From an uncultured Acidobacteriota bacterium (GTDB lineage Bacteria; Acidobacteriota; Thermoanaerobaculia; UBA5066; Gp7-AA6): a stretch of 64,000 nucleotides of DNA. The notes beneath the pieces are model-generated. The model made no database searches. It was not told the origin of the DNA and worked only from the letters and a program-made list of their open reading frames with translations. The translations under genes and the position numbers were made by a program. Shown here piece after piece: positions 20,764 to 31,845 of this stretch (its first letter is position 1; each line of letters begins with the position of its first letter). The DNA is taken from positions 169,064-233,063 of the forward strand of contig CAVULG010000004.1 of NCBI GenBank assembly GCA_963742245.1, in the 5' to 3' direction.

Positions 20764-20931
20764 CTCGAGCCCGCCTCCCTGCGTTCGGCACGCGGCGGCC
20801 GGCCGTTGAAAGTCAGAACCGGCCGCCGCTGACCCGACCACCGAAGGCAAACCCCCAGCGGTAGGGAACGCCGCGCGAAGCGCGGCGGTAACGTCGACCC
20901 ATCACGCTCTCATCCGGGAGGCGGGCTCGAG
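20764..20931 (-). other. Fold-back element 1 with 29-aa ORF (20902-20813)
   Basis: 16-bp perfect terminal inverted repeat CTCGAGCCCGCCTCCC/GGGAGGCGGGCTCGAG; [32 protein letters not shown]; homologous to element 2. Confidence 0.6.
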
Positions 20932-20952
20932 AGCTGACTGCATGCCCCGGCT

Positions 20953-21105
20953 GGCCTGCGGCGTCTCCCGGAGGAGGTGATATGCGGCGGCCCACGCCGA
21001 GGTCCGACTGACGTCTCAGTGCGGCTGGGCCGACGATTCAGCGGCGGCCGGTAGTTCCCCTGAGGACGGCCGCCGCGTGCCGGACGCAGGGAGATGCCGC
21101 AGGCC
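20953..21105 (+). other. Fold-back element 2 with strong SD and tiny ORF
   Basis: 17-bp terminal inverted repeat with one G.U; GGAGGAGG SD (20970-20977) and ATG at 20982; shares 14-nt and 27-nt blocks with element 1. Confidence 0.6.
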
Positions 21106-21129
21106 CTGAGCGTGGAAGGCGGGGTGGCG

Positions 21130-22568
21130 TTACCGCGCGCCTCTGCCGCTGAGGACGGCCGGTACGGTCTTCAGCAGGATCTTCAGGTCGAGCAGCGGCG
21201 ACCAGGTGTCGATGTACTTCAGGTCGAGGGCCATCCACCGGTCGAAGTCGAGCTCGCTGCGTCCCGGAGACCTGCCAGAGGCACGTCATGCCCGGGCTTC
21301 ATGCTGAGCCGCCGGCTCTGCCAGGACTCGTAGCGCGAGACTTCGTCCGGCAGCGGGGGGCGCGGGCCGACGAGGCTCATGTCGCCGACGATCACGTTCC
21401 AGATCTGCGGGAGCTCGTCGATCGACAGGCGGCGGAGGAGCGTCCGACCGCGGTCAGGCGCGGGTCGCGCTGGCTTTGAAGACGGGCCCGGTCATCTCGT
21501 TCAGGTGCGAGATCTCCGAGAGTCGATCCTCGGCGCCGCGCTCCATCGTCCGGAACTTCAGGAGCGTGAAGTGCCGGCCGTTCAGGCCGCAGCGCACCTG
21601 GCGGAAGAAGACCGGTGCCCCGCCCGAAGTCACGCAGGATCGCCAGCGCCGCCACGAGCTGGATCGGAAGGGTCACGACGAAGAGCACGAGCGACAGGCG
21701 CGAGGTCGATAGCCCGCTTGGCCACGAGCTCGGCCGGGTTCGGTCGGCGTCGTCGTGAAGGAGAGCAGCGGAATGCCGTCGAGCTCCTCGAGCATGGGCC
21801 GCGCGAAGACGTGCGGGAAGATGTCGAGCGAGACGTGGGCGCGCACGCCGTGCCGCTCGGCGACGAGCAGCGCCTCCTCGTACTCGCCGAGCTTGCCCTT
21901 CTCGATGACGAAGATGACCTCGTCGATGACCTCGCGGGCCGAGGATCGCCTCCATGTCGGTGATCCGGCCGAGGCACGGCCAGCGGTCGCGCATCCCGAT
22001 TTCGCCGCCGTTGTCGTCGTCAGGAAACCGATGACGCGGAAGCCCCAGTGCGGATGCGCTTCGAGGAACTCGGCGAGCTGGGCGGCCTTGGGCCCCGTTC
22101 CGACCACGAGCGCGGTCCGGAAGTTGAAGCCGCGCGCGCGCACCCAGCGCGAGTCAGCCGAAGCGCGGTCTTCTCGCTCGCGATGAAGAGAAAGTTGACC
22201 ACGCCGAAGAGCACGAGGAACCACCGGCTCACGAACTCGAGCCGCAGGCCGTAAATGAGCAGAACGAGGATCGCGGTGCCGCCGAAGGCGACCTTGGCCG
22301 CCGCCCAGATTTCTCCGCCGAGCGGCAACGTGCGGTGGCTCCGATAGAAGCCCGCCCAATAGAGGAGCAGGCCCCAGACCGGCAGGATGAACGGGAGGAG
22401 AAGCAGGTACTGATTGAGGGGGAACAGCGGCAGCGGGAAGATCGCCGGCATCGCCGAGGTCAGGACGCCGTGTCGCAGGACCCACGTCAACGGCAGCGAC
22501 ACCGCCGTCAGGGCGAGGTCCGTCAGGAGCACTCCGAGAGCGACGGCGCGCGCTTTTTGCTTCAGCAT
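21130..22568 (-). CDS. Polyprenyl-phosphate sugar phosphotransferase (WcaJ/ExoY-like priming sugar transferase), several apparent frameshifts
   Basis: Fragments across frames: N-terminal TM region, [87 protein letters not shown]. Confidence 0.85.
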
Positions 22569-23747
22569 CGAACGTAACCGGGGCGGGGCGCGAGCAAAGG
22601 GGACCGAAGCGATGTTATGGGATGGCGCCGCCGCGCTTCAAGAACCGCCTCGTATTGCGCCACGACATCGGCCCAACGATATCTCTCCCGCACGCGCTGG
22701 CGCGCCCGTTCTTTCCATGTGCTTACGGATACGGATGGCCCCGCCGGATCATCCAGGCCCGCCGGATCCAGAATCGATCCCAGCAGACGCGCCAGCCCCC
22801 CCGCTTCATGGACGTCGAAAGCCAGGCCCGCGCCGCCCGCGACCTCCTCGTTTTCGGGGGTCGCGTTGTAGCAGACCATGCGTCCGTAGCCGAGCGCCTC
22901 GACGAGCGCCGGATGCGTTCCGCCGACCTCCGTCGCCTGGACGTAGACGGCCGCGTTGGCGAGGAGCTCCCGGTATCCCTCGCCGTAGATCGCTCCGGGA
23001 AAGAGCACCCGCGAGTCCGCCGCCGCGCGCAGCCGCGCGATGTACGCGGAGGCGTAAGGGGCGTCGCCGACGACGACGAGCGGGACGTCCCCGGGAACCT
23101 GCCGGTAGTCGCGCACGACTTCCTCGGCATTGTTCTCCGGCTCGAGGCGCGAGACGTAGAGAACGTACTTCTCGGGGGCGAGGCCGAGGCGCGCCAGCGT
23201 CCCGCGTCCTTCGGGCGCGGGCAGGTCGCCGCCATACGGGATGAACGGCGAATCGCAGCCGTGCCGCGCGCGGTAGTACTCCTGGATGACCCGTGCGTCG
23301 GTCACGACGACGTCCGGGCAGGATGGTCGAGAGCGACTCGGAGATCCGGTATGCGAGCTTACCGGCCGCGCTCCACTTGCGGCGGTTGCGCTCGAGGCCG
23401 TCGACGTTGAGCACGACGCGGGTGCGCCCCGAGAGCCGCGGCAGGAAGGAGGAAGCCGCGTTGATGGCGTTGCAGACGAGAACGGCATCGAAGCGCTCGA
23501 AGAAGGCATCGGCCCCCGAGAGCACGCCGTGGACGACCGTGTCCAGATACTTCGTCGCGATCGTCGGCAGGACCCGGATCTTCGCGCCGCGCCACTCGCG
23601 CAGGTTTGCCTGCGCGTAACGCGTCCGCGTGTAGACGATGACGTCGTGGCCCCGCGCGGCGAGGCGCGCCGAGAGCTCCTCCGCGAGCGTCTCGAACCCG
23701 CCGTAGCGCGCGGGGATGCCGCGCGTGCCGAGGATGCCGATGCGCAT
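22562..23747 (-). CDS. GT4 glycosyltransferase (DUF1972 type); frameshift near 23315
   Basis: MRIGILGTRGIPARYGGFET, VLNVDGLE..RRKW, YVSRLEPENN, EVGGTHPALVEA. Confidence 0.88.
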
Positions 23748-23752
23748 GCGGC

Positions 23753-24730
23753 TCAAAGCCGCCCTGCCGCACTCTGCCGCAGGCCCCGGATCTCGCGGCG
23801 TTTGGCCCGAAGCCGGCCCCGGTTCTTCCAGAGCCAGCCGAACGCCGGCAGCGAGCTCCGCTCGACGGTCAGACAGGCCCCGACGACCACGAGGTCGCGC
23901 GCGAGCGTCGGAACGAGCGTGCGGACAAGCTTCCCCCGCGGTCTGGTTGTTGATGCGGAGGAGGAAACGATTCTTGACCGAGTGGAGATTGGCGAGCGCC
24001 GTCATCTGCTTCCGCCGTTCCGGAAGGTTGCGGCGCCGGTGAAACGCGCGCGCCGAGGGGACGTACAGGCTGCGCCAGCCCAGGCTCCGCAGCCGCCACG
24101 CCAGGTCCGCGTCCTCGCGGTAGAGGAAAAAGTCGGCATCGAAGCAGCCCGTCGAGATCCGCGCGCTTTCGAGCGCCGCGCGGCGATAGAAACCCGCGGC
24201 GCCCGACGGACCGACGATCTCCTCCTCGGACTCGAACCGGCCGGCGGCCTCTTCTCCGGCGCCGCGGTCGAAGTGCCGCCCGGCCGCCGTGAAGTAAATC
24301 CCCGCCGAGTCGAGACGAGCGCTCGGCGTCAGGCCCGGACCGTCGCCGCGGAGCAGCCGCCCCGAGGCCGACCCGACCTCCGCCGCGTCCGGCGCGTCGA
24401 GCCGGCGCGTCAGCGATCGACGCGAAGTCCGGCTCGAGCCGGCAATCCGGATTGAGCGCGAGCACATACCGGCCGGTCGAAGCCTCGATCCCCGCGTTCA
24501 TCGCCGCGGCAAAGCCGGTGTTCTCGGGCAGCGCCAGAACGCGCACCTTCGGCGACAGTCCGCGGGCCACTTCGCGCGACGCGTCCGCCGACGCGTTGTC
24601 GACGACCAGGGTCTCGCAGGCAACGCCCGCCTGCGCGAGGGCAGAGCCCACCGAGACGGGCAGGTCGGCAGCGTCTTCCTTGGAGACGACGATGATCGAG
24701 ACGTCGGGCGCGGGCGCGAGGCGCGCTCAT
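23753..24730 (-). CDS. GT2 glycosyltransferase (frameshifted; ends approximate)
   Basis: VVDNAS, ENTGFAAAMNAG, LALNPD, FFLYREDADLAWR. Confidence 0.8.
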
Positions 24731-25771
24731 GGGCCCCCGAAGGCGAGCGCGAAGACGCGCCGGTACGCGCGCGCCGCCTCCGGTCTCGGCCGGGGAACAT
24801 CGCCCCCGAAACGGCAGGAGCAGCAGGCGCAGCGCCATGCCGGCCGCGAGCAGGGCGCGGTAGGCGAGCCGCGCCGGCGGCGCCGTACCGCGCCGCGCGG
24901 TATCGGATCGCGTTCGCGTAGAAGATCGGAAGGAACCGGTCGTATCCGAGACGGCCGGCGGACTCGCCGCCGCGGTGCCGGAAGCGCGCCTCGGGCAGGT
25001 ACAGAATCGTCCCTTCCCGGCCGAGCCGATCGCAGAGGTCCACGTCTTCGTGCCACGCCGGGACGAATCGCTCGTCGAAGCCGCCGATGCCTGCGAAGAC
25101 GTCCGCGCGCACGGCGAGGGCGGCCGCGGCCGCCTGCTCGACCGGAAACGCGCGGCTGCGCCCGGCCTCCGCATAGCGCGCTCGCCGACGTCCCGGGTTG
25201 TTCGGCCACGCGTGATCGAGAAGGAGCAGCTCGCGCGCGTCCGAGCCGAGTGTCGGAAGCCGCCGGAGCTGGAAGGTCGCCTGATCCTCGAGGCCCGGTG
25301 AGGCCAGCCGGAACGCGCCCTCGGCGGGGGCGCGCTCGACGTCGTCCGTCGCCGTCGCCGCCGCGGGACCGCTTCCGAAGTCCGCGAGCCGCGGCGCCAC
25401 CGCGACGACGCGCGGATCGGCGTCGAACGCCTTCGCGATCGGCGTGAACGGGTCGGCCTGCGCGCGCGTGTCCGGGTTGACGAACAGGAAGGCGTCGGCG
25501 GCCGCTGCGGCGCGCGCGGCCTGGTTCGCGCCCGGCCCGAATCCCCGATTCTCCGGGTTCACGAGGATCGCCGCGTCCGGCCAGTGCGCGCGGACTCGCA
25601 TCCGCGGCGAGGCTTTCTCCGCCTCCGCCGCCGTTGTCCACGACCGTCAGCGACACGCGGACACCGCCTGCGGGAACGCGGCGCCGCGCCTCGGCCAGGG
25701 CCGCGACCGCGGCCGAAAGCTCCGCCTCGTCCCGCCAGGAGACGCAGAGAACGCGCGATCTCGCGGATCAC
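24727..25771 (-). CDS. GT2 glycosyltransferase (frameshifted; ends approximate)
   Basis: TVVDNGG, NRGFGPGANQ, FLFVNPD, GGFDERFVPAWHEDVDLC. Confidence 0.78.
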
Positions 25772-26712
25772 GGCGCACTCGCCCGGGAAGCGCGTCGAGC
25801 CTTCGCGCCTCCCGCCGCGCGCGCAGCGCCATCGCCGGCAGACGCGGCCACACGAGCAGCGGCAGCGCCACTCCGCGCCAGCCGACCTGCCGGACGTGCG
25901 CGAGGTCCGCCGCGAGCAGCGGCCCGAGATGCCGGGCGAGCAGGCCGGCGCGAAGTTGCGAAAGAGCGTGCGCCAGCGGTTGCGGGCCGTCCAGAACGCC
26001 CGGCGCCACGGCGTGCGGCGTCCCGTCATCGAGCCCTCGTGGCGCGCGACGCGCCCGCGGGTCGCAGACGAATCGCCAGCCCGCGCGCGCGAGGCGCAGC
26101 GACAGGTCGACGTCCTCGTAGTACGCGAAGAAGGACGCCGTCGAAGGCCGCGCCCTGCGGAGCGACCGCTTCGAGGGCCTCGCGCCGGTAGAGGGTCGCC
26201 GTCGCGGAGACGCCGGAGACTTCGAACGGCTCGCGCGGCGCCGACGCGACGTCGTCGCCGGCGTGCAGCGGCAGGGCCTCGCCGCGCGCGTTCCACACGA
26301 GACCCGCGCCGTCGATCGCGCGGCCGTCTCCCGCGAGCACGAGGCCCTGGGCGGCGGCGAGCCGCTCGTCGCCCGAGAGGCGCGCGAGCAGGCGCGCCGT
26401 GTAGTCGGGCTCGAGCACGGCATCGTTGTTGAGGAGGAGAACGAAGGGCGCCCGGGTCCGCGCGATCCCCTCGTTGGCCGCTCCGGCGAAACCGAGGTTG
26501 CGCGAGAACGCGATGACGCGGGCCGACGGCGCTTCCGCCGCGATCCGCCGCCGTTCGCCTTCGCTCGACCCGTTGTCCACGACGATCGCCGAGAGCCTCA
26601 CGTCCTTCTGCCGCTCGAGCGACGCGAGGGCGCGAAAAAGCGCGTCGCCGCCGTCGCGGTTGACCACGACGGCGTCTACGTCCCCATGCGGCGTCCGGGA
26701 AAGCCCGCTCAA
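25768..26712 (-). CDS. GT2 glycosyltransferase (frameshifted; ends approximate)
   Basis: IVVDNGS, NLGFAGAANEG, LLLNNDA, FFAYYEDVDLSLR. Confidence 0.78.
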
Positions 26713-26743
26713 GCGGTTGACTCGATCGGCGTGCGCGATATGA

Positions 26744-28012
<1,269 letters not shown>

Positions 28013-28020
28013 GGCACGCC

Positions 28021-28791
28021 GTGCCGCAAAAGTACGTCCTCGAAGCGGTGCTCCGCGCCGCGCGGCGTGTTCCGGGATACCCGGGCCTGCGCGCGCTCGA
28101 CCTCTCGGCCGGGCGGGGCGAGATCGCCGCCGCGCTCGCCGCGGACGGCTGCGCGGTGCGCGCCACGCACTTTCGCGCCGACGACTACAAGCTCGCCGGG
28201 CAGGCGCGGCCGGCCGCGCTCGCGGGCATACCCGTCGACGAGCGGGTCGACCTGACGCGGCCCCTTCCCTACGCCGACGCCGCGTTCGACCTCGTGATCC
28301 TCTCGGAGGTCGCCGAGCACCTGCCGACGTTCATTCCGATCGTGGCCGAGATCGGGCGGGTGCTCGCCCCCGGCGGACGGCTCGTCCTCTCGACGCCCAA
28401 CCTCGCCCGTCTCCACTCGCGCTGGCACTTCTTCTGGACCGGGACGCACAAGCTCATCCGCCGGCGCGTCGGGTGGGACCTGTCGGGCGACGATCTCTAC
28501 GCGTACCACATCGGCCCCGTCGACTTCCCGCTCCTCCACACGCTCCTGCATCAGGCCGGGCTCTCGATCGAGCGCCTCGACACGACCCGATTCAAGTGGA
28601 AGCACGCGTGGCTCTTCCTGCTCTATCCCCTGATCTGGCTCGCGACGCGTCTCGAAACGCGCAAGGGCCGCTCCGGACCCGAGCACGCGCGCGGCGAGGC
28701 GGACCTCGCCCGTTGGATGACGCGCCCGGCGATGCTGGGCAGCGAGCAGCTTCTCCTGACCGCCCGAAAAACCGATGGGGTCAGGTCTTGA
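28021..28791 (+). CDS. Class I SAM-dependent methyltransferase
   Basis: ALDLSAGRG, LPYADAAFDLVILSEVAEH, RVLAPGGRLVLSTPN; GTG start 8 nt after the serS stop. Confidence 0.85.
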   Translation: MPQKYVLEAVLRAARRVPGYPGLRALDLSAGRGEIAAALAADGCAVRATHFRADDYKLAGQARPAALAGIPVDERVDLTRPLPYADAAFDLVILSEVAEHLPTFIPIVAEIGRVLAPGGRLVLSTPNLARLHSRWHFFWTGTHKLIRRRVGWDLSGDDLYAYHIGPVDFPLLHTLLHQAGLSIERLDTTRFKWKHAWLFLLYPLIWLATRLETRKGRSGPEHARGEADLARWMTRPAMLGSEQLLLTARKTDGVRS

Positions 28792-28834
28792 TTTTTCGGT
28801 TGCCGCCGGACCCGAAAATTCCAGACCTGACCCC
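28777..28834. repeat. REP-like palindrome between convergent genes
   Basis: GGGGTCAGGTCT (28777-28788) and AGACCTGACCCC (28823-28834) with inner TTTTCGG/CCGAAAA arms. Confidence 0.65.
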
Positions 28835-28845
28835 CACCTAAGTCC

Positions 28846-29445
28846 TTACCGGGGAGGGACGAGGGCGCCCGCCGACACGATCATTTTCATGGCCTGCTCG
28901 GGCGTCATCTCGAGGTAGGTCACCTTCTCCTCCGGCACGACGAGGAGGAACCCGGTCGTCGGGTTCACGGCGCTCGGGATGAAGAGACTGCACAGGCGCC
29001 GCCCCGTCTTCTCGCTCGCCTCGCCGCCGGTGGTCGAGGTCACGAAGCCGAGCCCCCACGTGCCGGGCGAGGGGAACTCGACGATGGCCACCTTCCCGAA
29101 CGTACCCACGCGCGACGGACCGAGAAGCAGCTCCGCGATCTGCCGCAGCGTCGCGTAGATCTTGTTGATGAGCGGCACGCGGTTCATCAGCCGGTCCCAG
29201 AGCCCGAAGAGCCGCTTGCCGGCGAGATTCGTAGCCACGAAGCCGAGCACGAGCAGGAGCACGTTGAGGAGAACGAAGCCGAGGCCGACGACGGAGATCC
29301 CGCGGGCGCGCAGCTCCCCGCCGAGAATGTCGTCGAAGAACTTGAAGAGCTTCCAGACGACCCAGAGCGTGAGGGCGGTCGGGGCGAGCACCAGGATCCC
29401 CGCTACGTAATAGCGCCGGAGACGCACGCCGAACGACGCGGCCAT
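28846..29445 (-). CDS. DUF502 membrane protein
   Basis: RVPLINKIYATLRQI, VAIVEFP..G.WGLGFVT, PSAVNPTTGF, MTPEQAMKMIVSAG. Confidence 0.9.
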   Translation of the reverse strand: MAASFGVRLRRYYVAGILVLAPTALTLWVVWKLFKFFDDILGGELRARGISVVGLGFVLLNVLLLVLGFVATNLAGKRLFGLWDRLMNRVPLINKIYATLRQIAELLLGPSRVGTFGKVAIVEFPSPGTWGLGFVTSTTGGEASEKTGRRLCSLFIPSAVNPTTGFLLVVPEEKVTYLEMTPEQAMKMIVSAGALVPPR

Positions 29446-29477
29446 CGCACCGCATCCTAACCCGTACAATGAGAGCG

Positions 29478-30536
29478 ATGTCGCTGACCCGCCTCGCGCG
29501 CGCCGCCGCGCTCGTCTGCACGTTCCTGCTCGCCCTCGCGTCGACTTCTCCCCTGGCCGCCTCGTCCGGCTGGGGAACGCCGGGACCGCCCGGCGTCCGG
29601 GCCACCGCGGTCGGCGCGGCGGGCGACGACGACGCCCGCGCGTACGCGGCCGCCACCAGCCTGGAGTCCGGAACGAGCGTCCTCTATCGCACCGACGACG
29701 CGGGCGCGACCTGGACGCCGCTCATCGAGGCCTCGGGCGCCGATACCTACGCCGAAATCTTTCCCGATCCGCGCGACGGCAACCGCGTGTTCGCCGCGGC
29801 CCAGAAGGGCAACGGGCTGACAGACGTGTACCGGTCGCTCGACCGCGGAGCCAACTGGGCGACGGTCCTGACCATCTCGACGCGCTGCGTTCCGTCGTTC
29901 GCCGCCGGAGCCGGCGCCGACGCGCTCGTGCTGACCTGCGGCACCCGGCTCTTCCGCACGGGCGACGCCGGCATCTCGTGGGAGGAGCCCGTCGCTCCGT
30001 TCACGGCGGCCACGCGTCTGGCTCCCGGACCCGCCGGGACGCTCTATGCGTGGGAGGTGACGCGGATCTTCCGCAGCACCAACGGCGGAGTCTCCTGGAC
30101 GCAGACCGGCCAGGCGCCCGCGGCCTGTCCCGGCCTGCTCGGGCTCGATGCCGATCCCTCGGCGCCCGGAACGCTCGTCGCGGGCGTCGGCCAGCTCGGG
30201 ACCGGCGGCTTCCAGTGCGGCGGCGTCTTCCGCAGCACCGACGCCGGCGCGAGCTGGACCGCGTCCTCGATCGCGAGCGTCTACGTCACCGACGTCGCTT
30301 ACGCCCCGGGAGGGGGCCGCGTCTACGCCTGTGCGACCTCGATCACCGGGCTGCTGCCGCCCGGAGGCGTCTACGTCAGCGGCGACGGCGGCCGCACGTT
30401 CGGCGGCACGGGGCTCCCGTCCACGAGCGCGCTCGAGCTCGCGGTCTCCGCGTCCGGGGCCGCGGTCTATGCGGCGACGCCGCTCGGCGTCTTTGCCCGG
30501 GACGTCCGCCCGACGCGCCGGCTGCCGGAACGCTGA
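29478..30536 (+). CDS. Secreted BNR/Asp-box beta-propeller protein
   Basis: Signal peptide; repeated [YF]R[ST]xDxGx[ST]W Asp-boxes. Confidence 0.8.
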   Translation: MSLTRLARAAALVCTFLLALASTSPLAASSGWGTPGPPGVRATAVGAAGDDDARAYAAATSLESGTSVLYRTDDAGATWTPLIEASGADTYAEIFPDPRDGNRVFAAAQKGNGLTDVYRSLDRGANWATVLTISTRCVPSFAAGAGADALVLTCGTRLFRTGDAGISWEEPVAPFTAATRLAPGPAGTLYAWEVTRIFRSTNGGVSWTQTGQAPAACPGLLGLDADPSAPGTLVAGVGQLGTGGFQCGGVFRSTDAGASWTASSIASVYVTDVAYAPGGGRVYACATSITGLLPPGGVYVSGDGGRTFGGTGLPSTSALELAVSASGAAVYAATPLGVFARDVRPTRRLPER

Positions 30537-30568
30537 AGGCGGCGGCGGCGAGGCTATGATCGCCTGCC

Positions 30569-31085
30569 GTGCCCGATTCGATTGCGAAGTCGCCGTCCCG
30601 CCGGCGCGCTCTTCTCGACGTCCTCGCCTACGGGCTCGCGGGAGGCAGCCTCTTCGTCGTCCTGAAGCTGACCGAGTACCGCTTTCTCGTCCTCGAGCAC
30701 TCCTTCGAGATCTACGCCGGCCTCATCGCCGTCCTCTTCGCCGCCGTCGGGATCGCGCTCGGGCGCTCGCTGCGGCGGCGAAGGACGGAAGTGTCGTCAG
30801 AAAGGGGTCCAGGTGGAGGTACAAGTCGTCCAGGTCAAGGAAGTCCCGGTTCCCGGGCCGTTCATGCTCGACCGGGAGCGCATGGAGGAGCTCGGCATCA
30901 CGCCCCGCGAGCTCGAAACCCTGGGCCTGATCGCCGCGGGCCTCTCGAACCGGGAGATCGCCGAGCGCCTCTTCGTCAGCGAGAACACCGTCAAGACGCA
31001 CTCGAGCCGTCTGTTCGACAAGCTCGGCGCAAAACGGCGGACCCAGGCGGTCCAGGTCGGAAAGACCGCGCGGCTCATCCCGTGA
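30569..31085 (+). CDS. Membrane-anchored LuxR-family regulator; apparent frameshift near 30790-30810
   Basis: Two N-terminal TM segments (LKLTEYRF..HSFEIYAGLIA); C-terminal ITPRELE.L..IAAGLSNREIAERLFVSENTVKTH. Confidence 0.85.
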
Positions 31086-31102
31086 GCCGGGGCAACGCCG
31101 AA

Positions 31103-31187
31103 CGTCACCCGAAAGCACGATTTCCAGGCACGAACCCGAAAAATCATACGAACGGGTGACGACGCGAGGGCGGCCGATCGCTAGTCT
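31103..31187 (+). promoter_or_regulatory. Putative LuxR-type operator pair and -10 box for the DUF4199 gene
   Basis: CGTCACCCG (31103-31111) and CGGGTGACG (31153-31161) form an inverted repeat around two related 16-mers; TAGTCT at 31182-31187. Confidence 0.5.
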
Positions 31188-31211
31188 CCCGGCCCCAGAG
31201 GAGGTGCTCCC

Positions 31212-31727
31212 ATGAGAAGAGCGGTCATGGCTTTCGGGCTCATTTCGGGTGCGATCGCGATCCTGTTGATGCTCGCGGTGATTCCCTTCATCAACAAGCT
31301 GGACCATCGCAATGCCGACGTCATCGGTTACTCGTCGATGGTTCTTTCGGCGCTGCTGGTGTTCTTCGGCATCCGCTCGTACCGCGAGAGCTCCGGCGGA
31401 GGCGGCGGGAGGCTGACCTGGAGCCGGGGGCTTCTCGTCGGTGTCCTGATCACGCTCGTTTCCACCGTGTGCACGATCGTCGCCTTTCAGATCGTCTACT
31501 TTCACGTCGTCCCCGACTTCGGCGAGAAGTTCACGGCCTGCATGGTCGAGCGCTCGCGGTCCGCCGGAGACTCGCCCGAGAAGGTCGAGGCCGTGGCGCA
31601 GCAGGCGCGCAAGTTCAAGCAGCTCTGGGACAACCCTCTGACCAACGCCGCGCTCTACTTCGCGACGACCTTCCCCATCGGCCTCGGAGCGGCCGCGATC
31701 TCGGCTCTGATCCTGCGGAGGAAGTGA
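31212..31727 (+). CDS. DUF4199-family membrane protein
   Basis: GGAGG RBS; FGLISG, IGYSSM, FFGIRSYRE, four TM segments; adjacent to the TM-LuxR gene. Confidence 0.8.
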   Translation: MRRAVMAFGLISGAIAILLMLAVIPFINKLDHRNADVIGYSSMVLSALLVFFGIRSYRESSGGGGGRLTWSRGLLVGVLITLVSTVCTIVAFQIVYFHVVPDFGEKFTACMVERSRSAGDSPEKVEAVAQQARKFKQLWDNPLTNAALYFATTFPIGLGAAAISALILRRK

Positions 31728-31729
31728 AG

Positions 31730-31823
31730 TGGCGGAGAGGACGGGATTTGAACCCGTGGTAGAGGTTTAAGCCCCTACGGCGGTTTAGCAAACCGCTGGT
31801 TTAAGCCACTCACCCACCTCTCC
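31730..31823 (-). tRNA. tRNA-Ser(GCT)
   Basis: Reverse complement GGAGAGGTGGGTGAGTGGCTTAAACCAGCGGTTTGCTAAACCGC, long variable arm, GGTTCAAATCCCGTCCTCTCCGCCA. Confidence 0.96.
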
Positions 31824-31845
31824 GCGAGCGGTCTTTGAGCAGATG

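Noticed and set aside
21009-21036. UGA followed by a hairpin (possible selenocysteine/SECIS read-through) in element 2
   Set aside because: The read-through product has no recognisable redox motif, and the homologous element 1 has no equivalent in-frame UGA
20764-21105. 6S RNA, SRP RNA or a riboswitch as the identity of the fold-back elements
   Set aside because: Size and closing stem recall 6S, but the interior forms local hairpins rather than a rod with a central bubble; no SRP GGAA-loop motif or riboswitch consensus recognised; cmscan is needed to exclude fully
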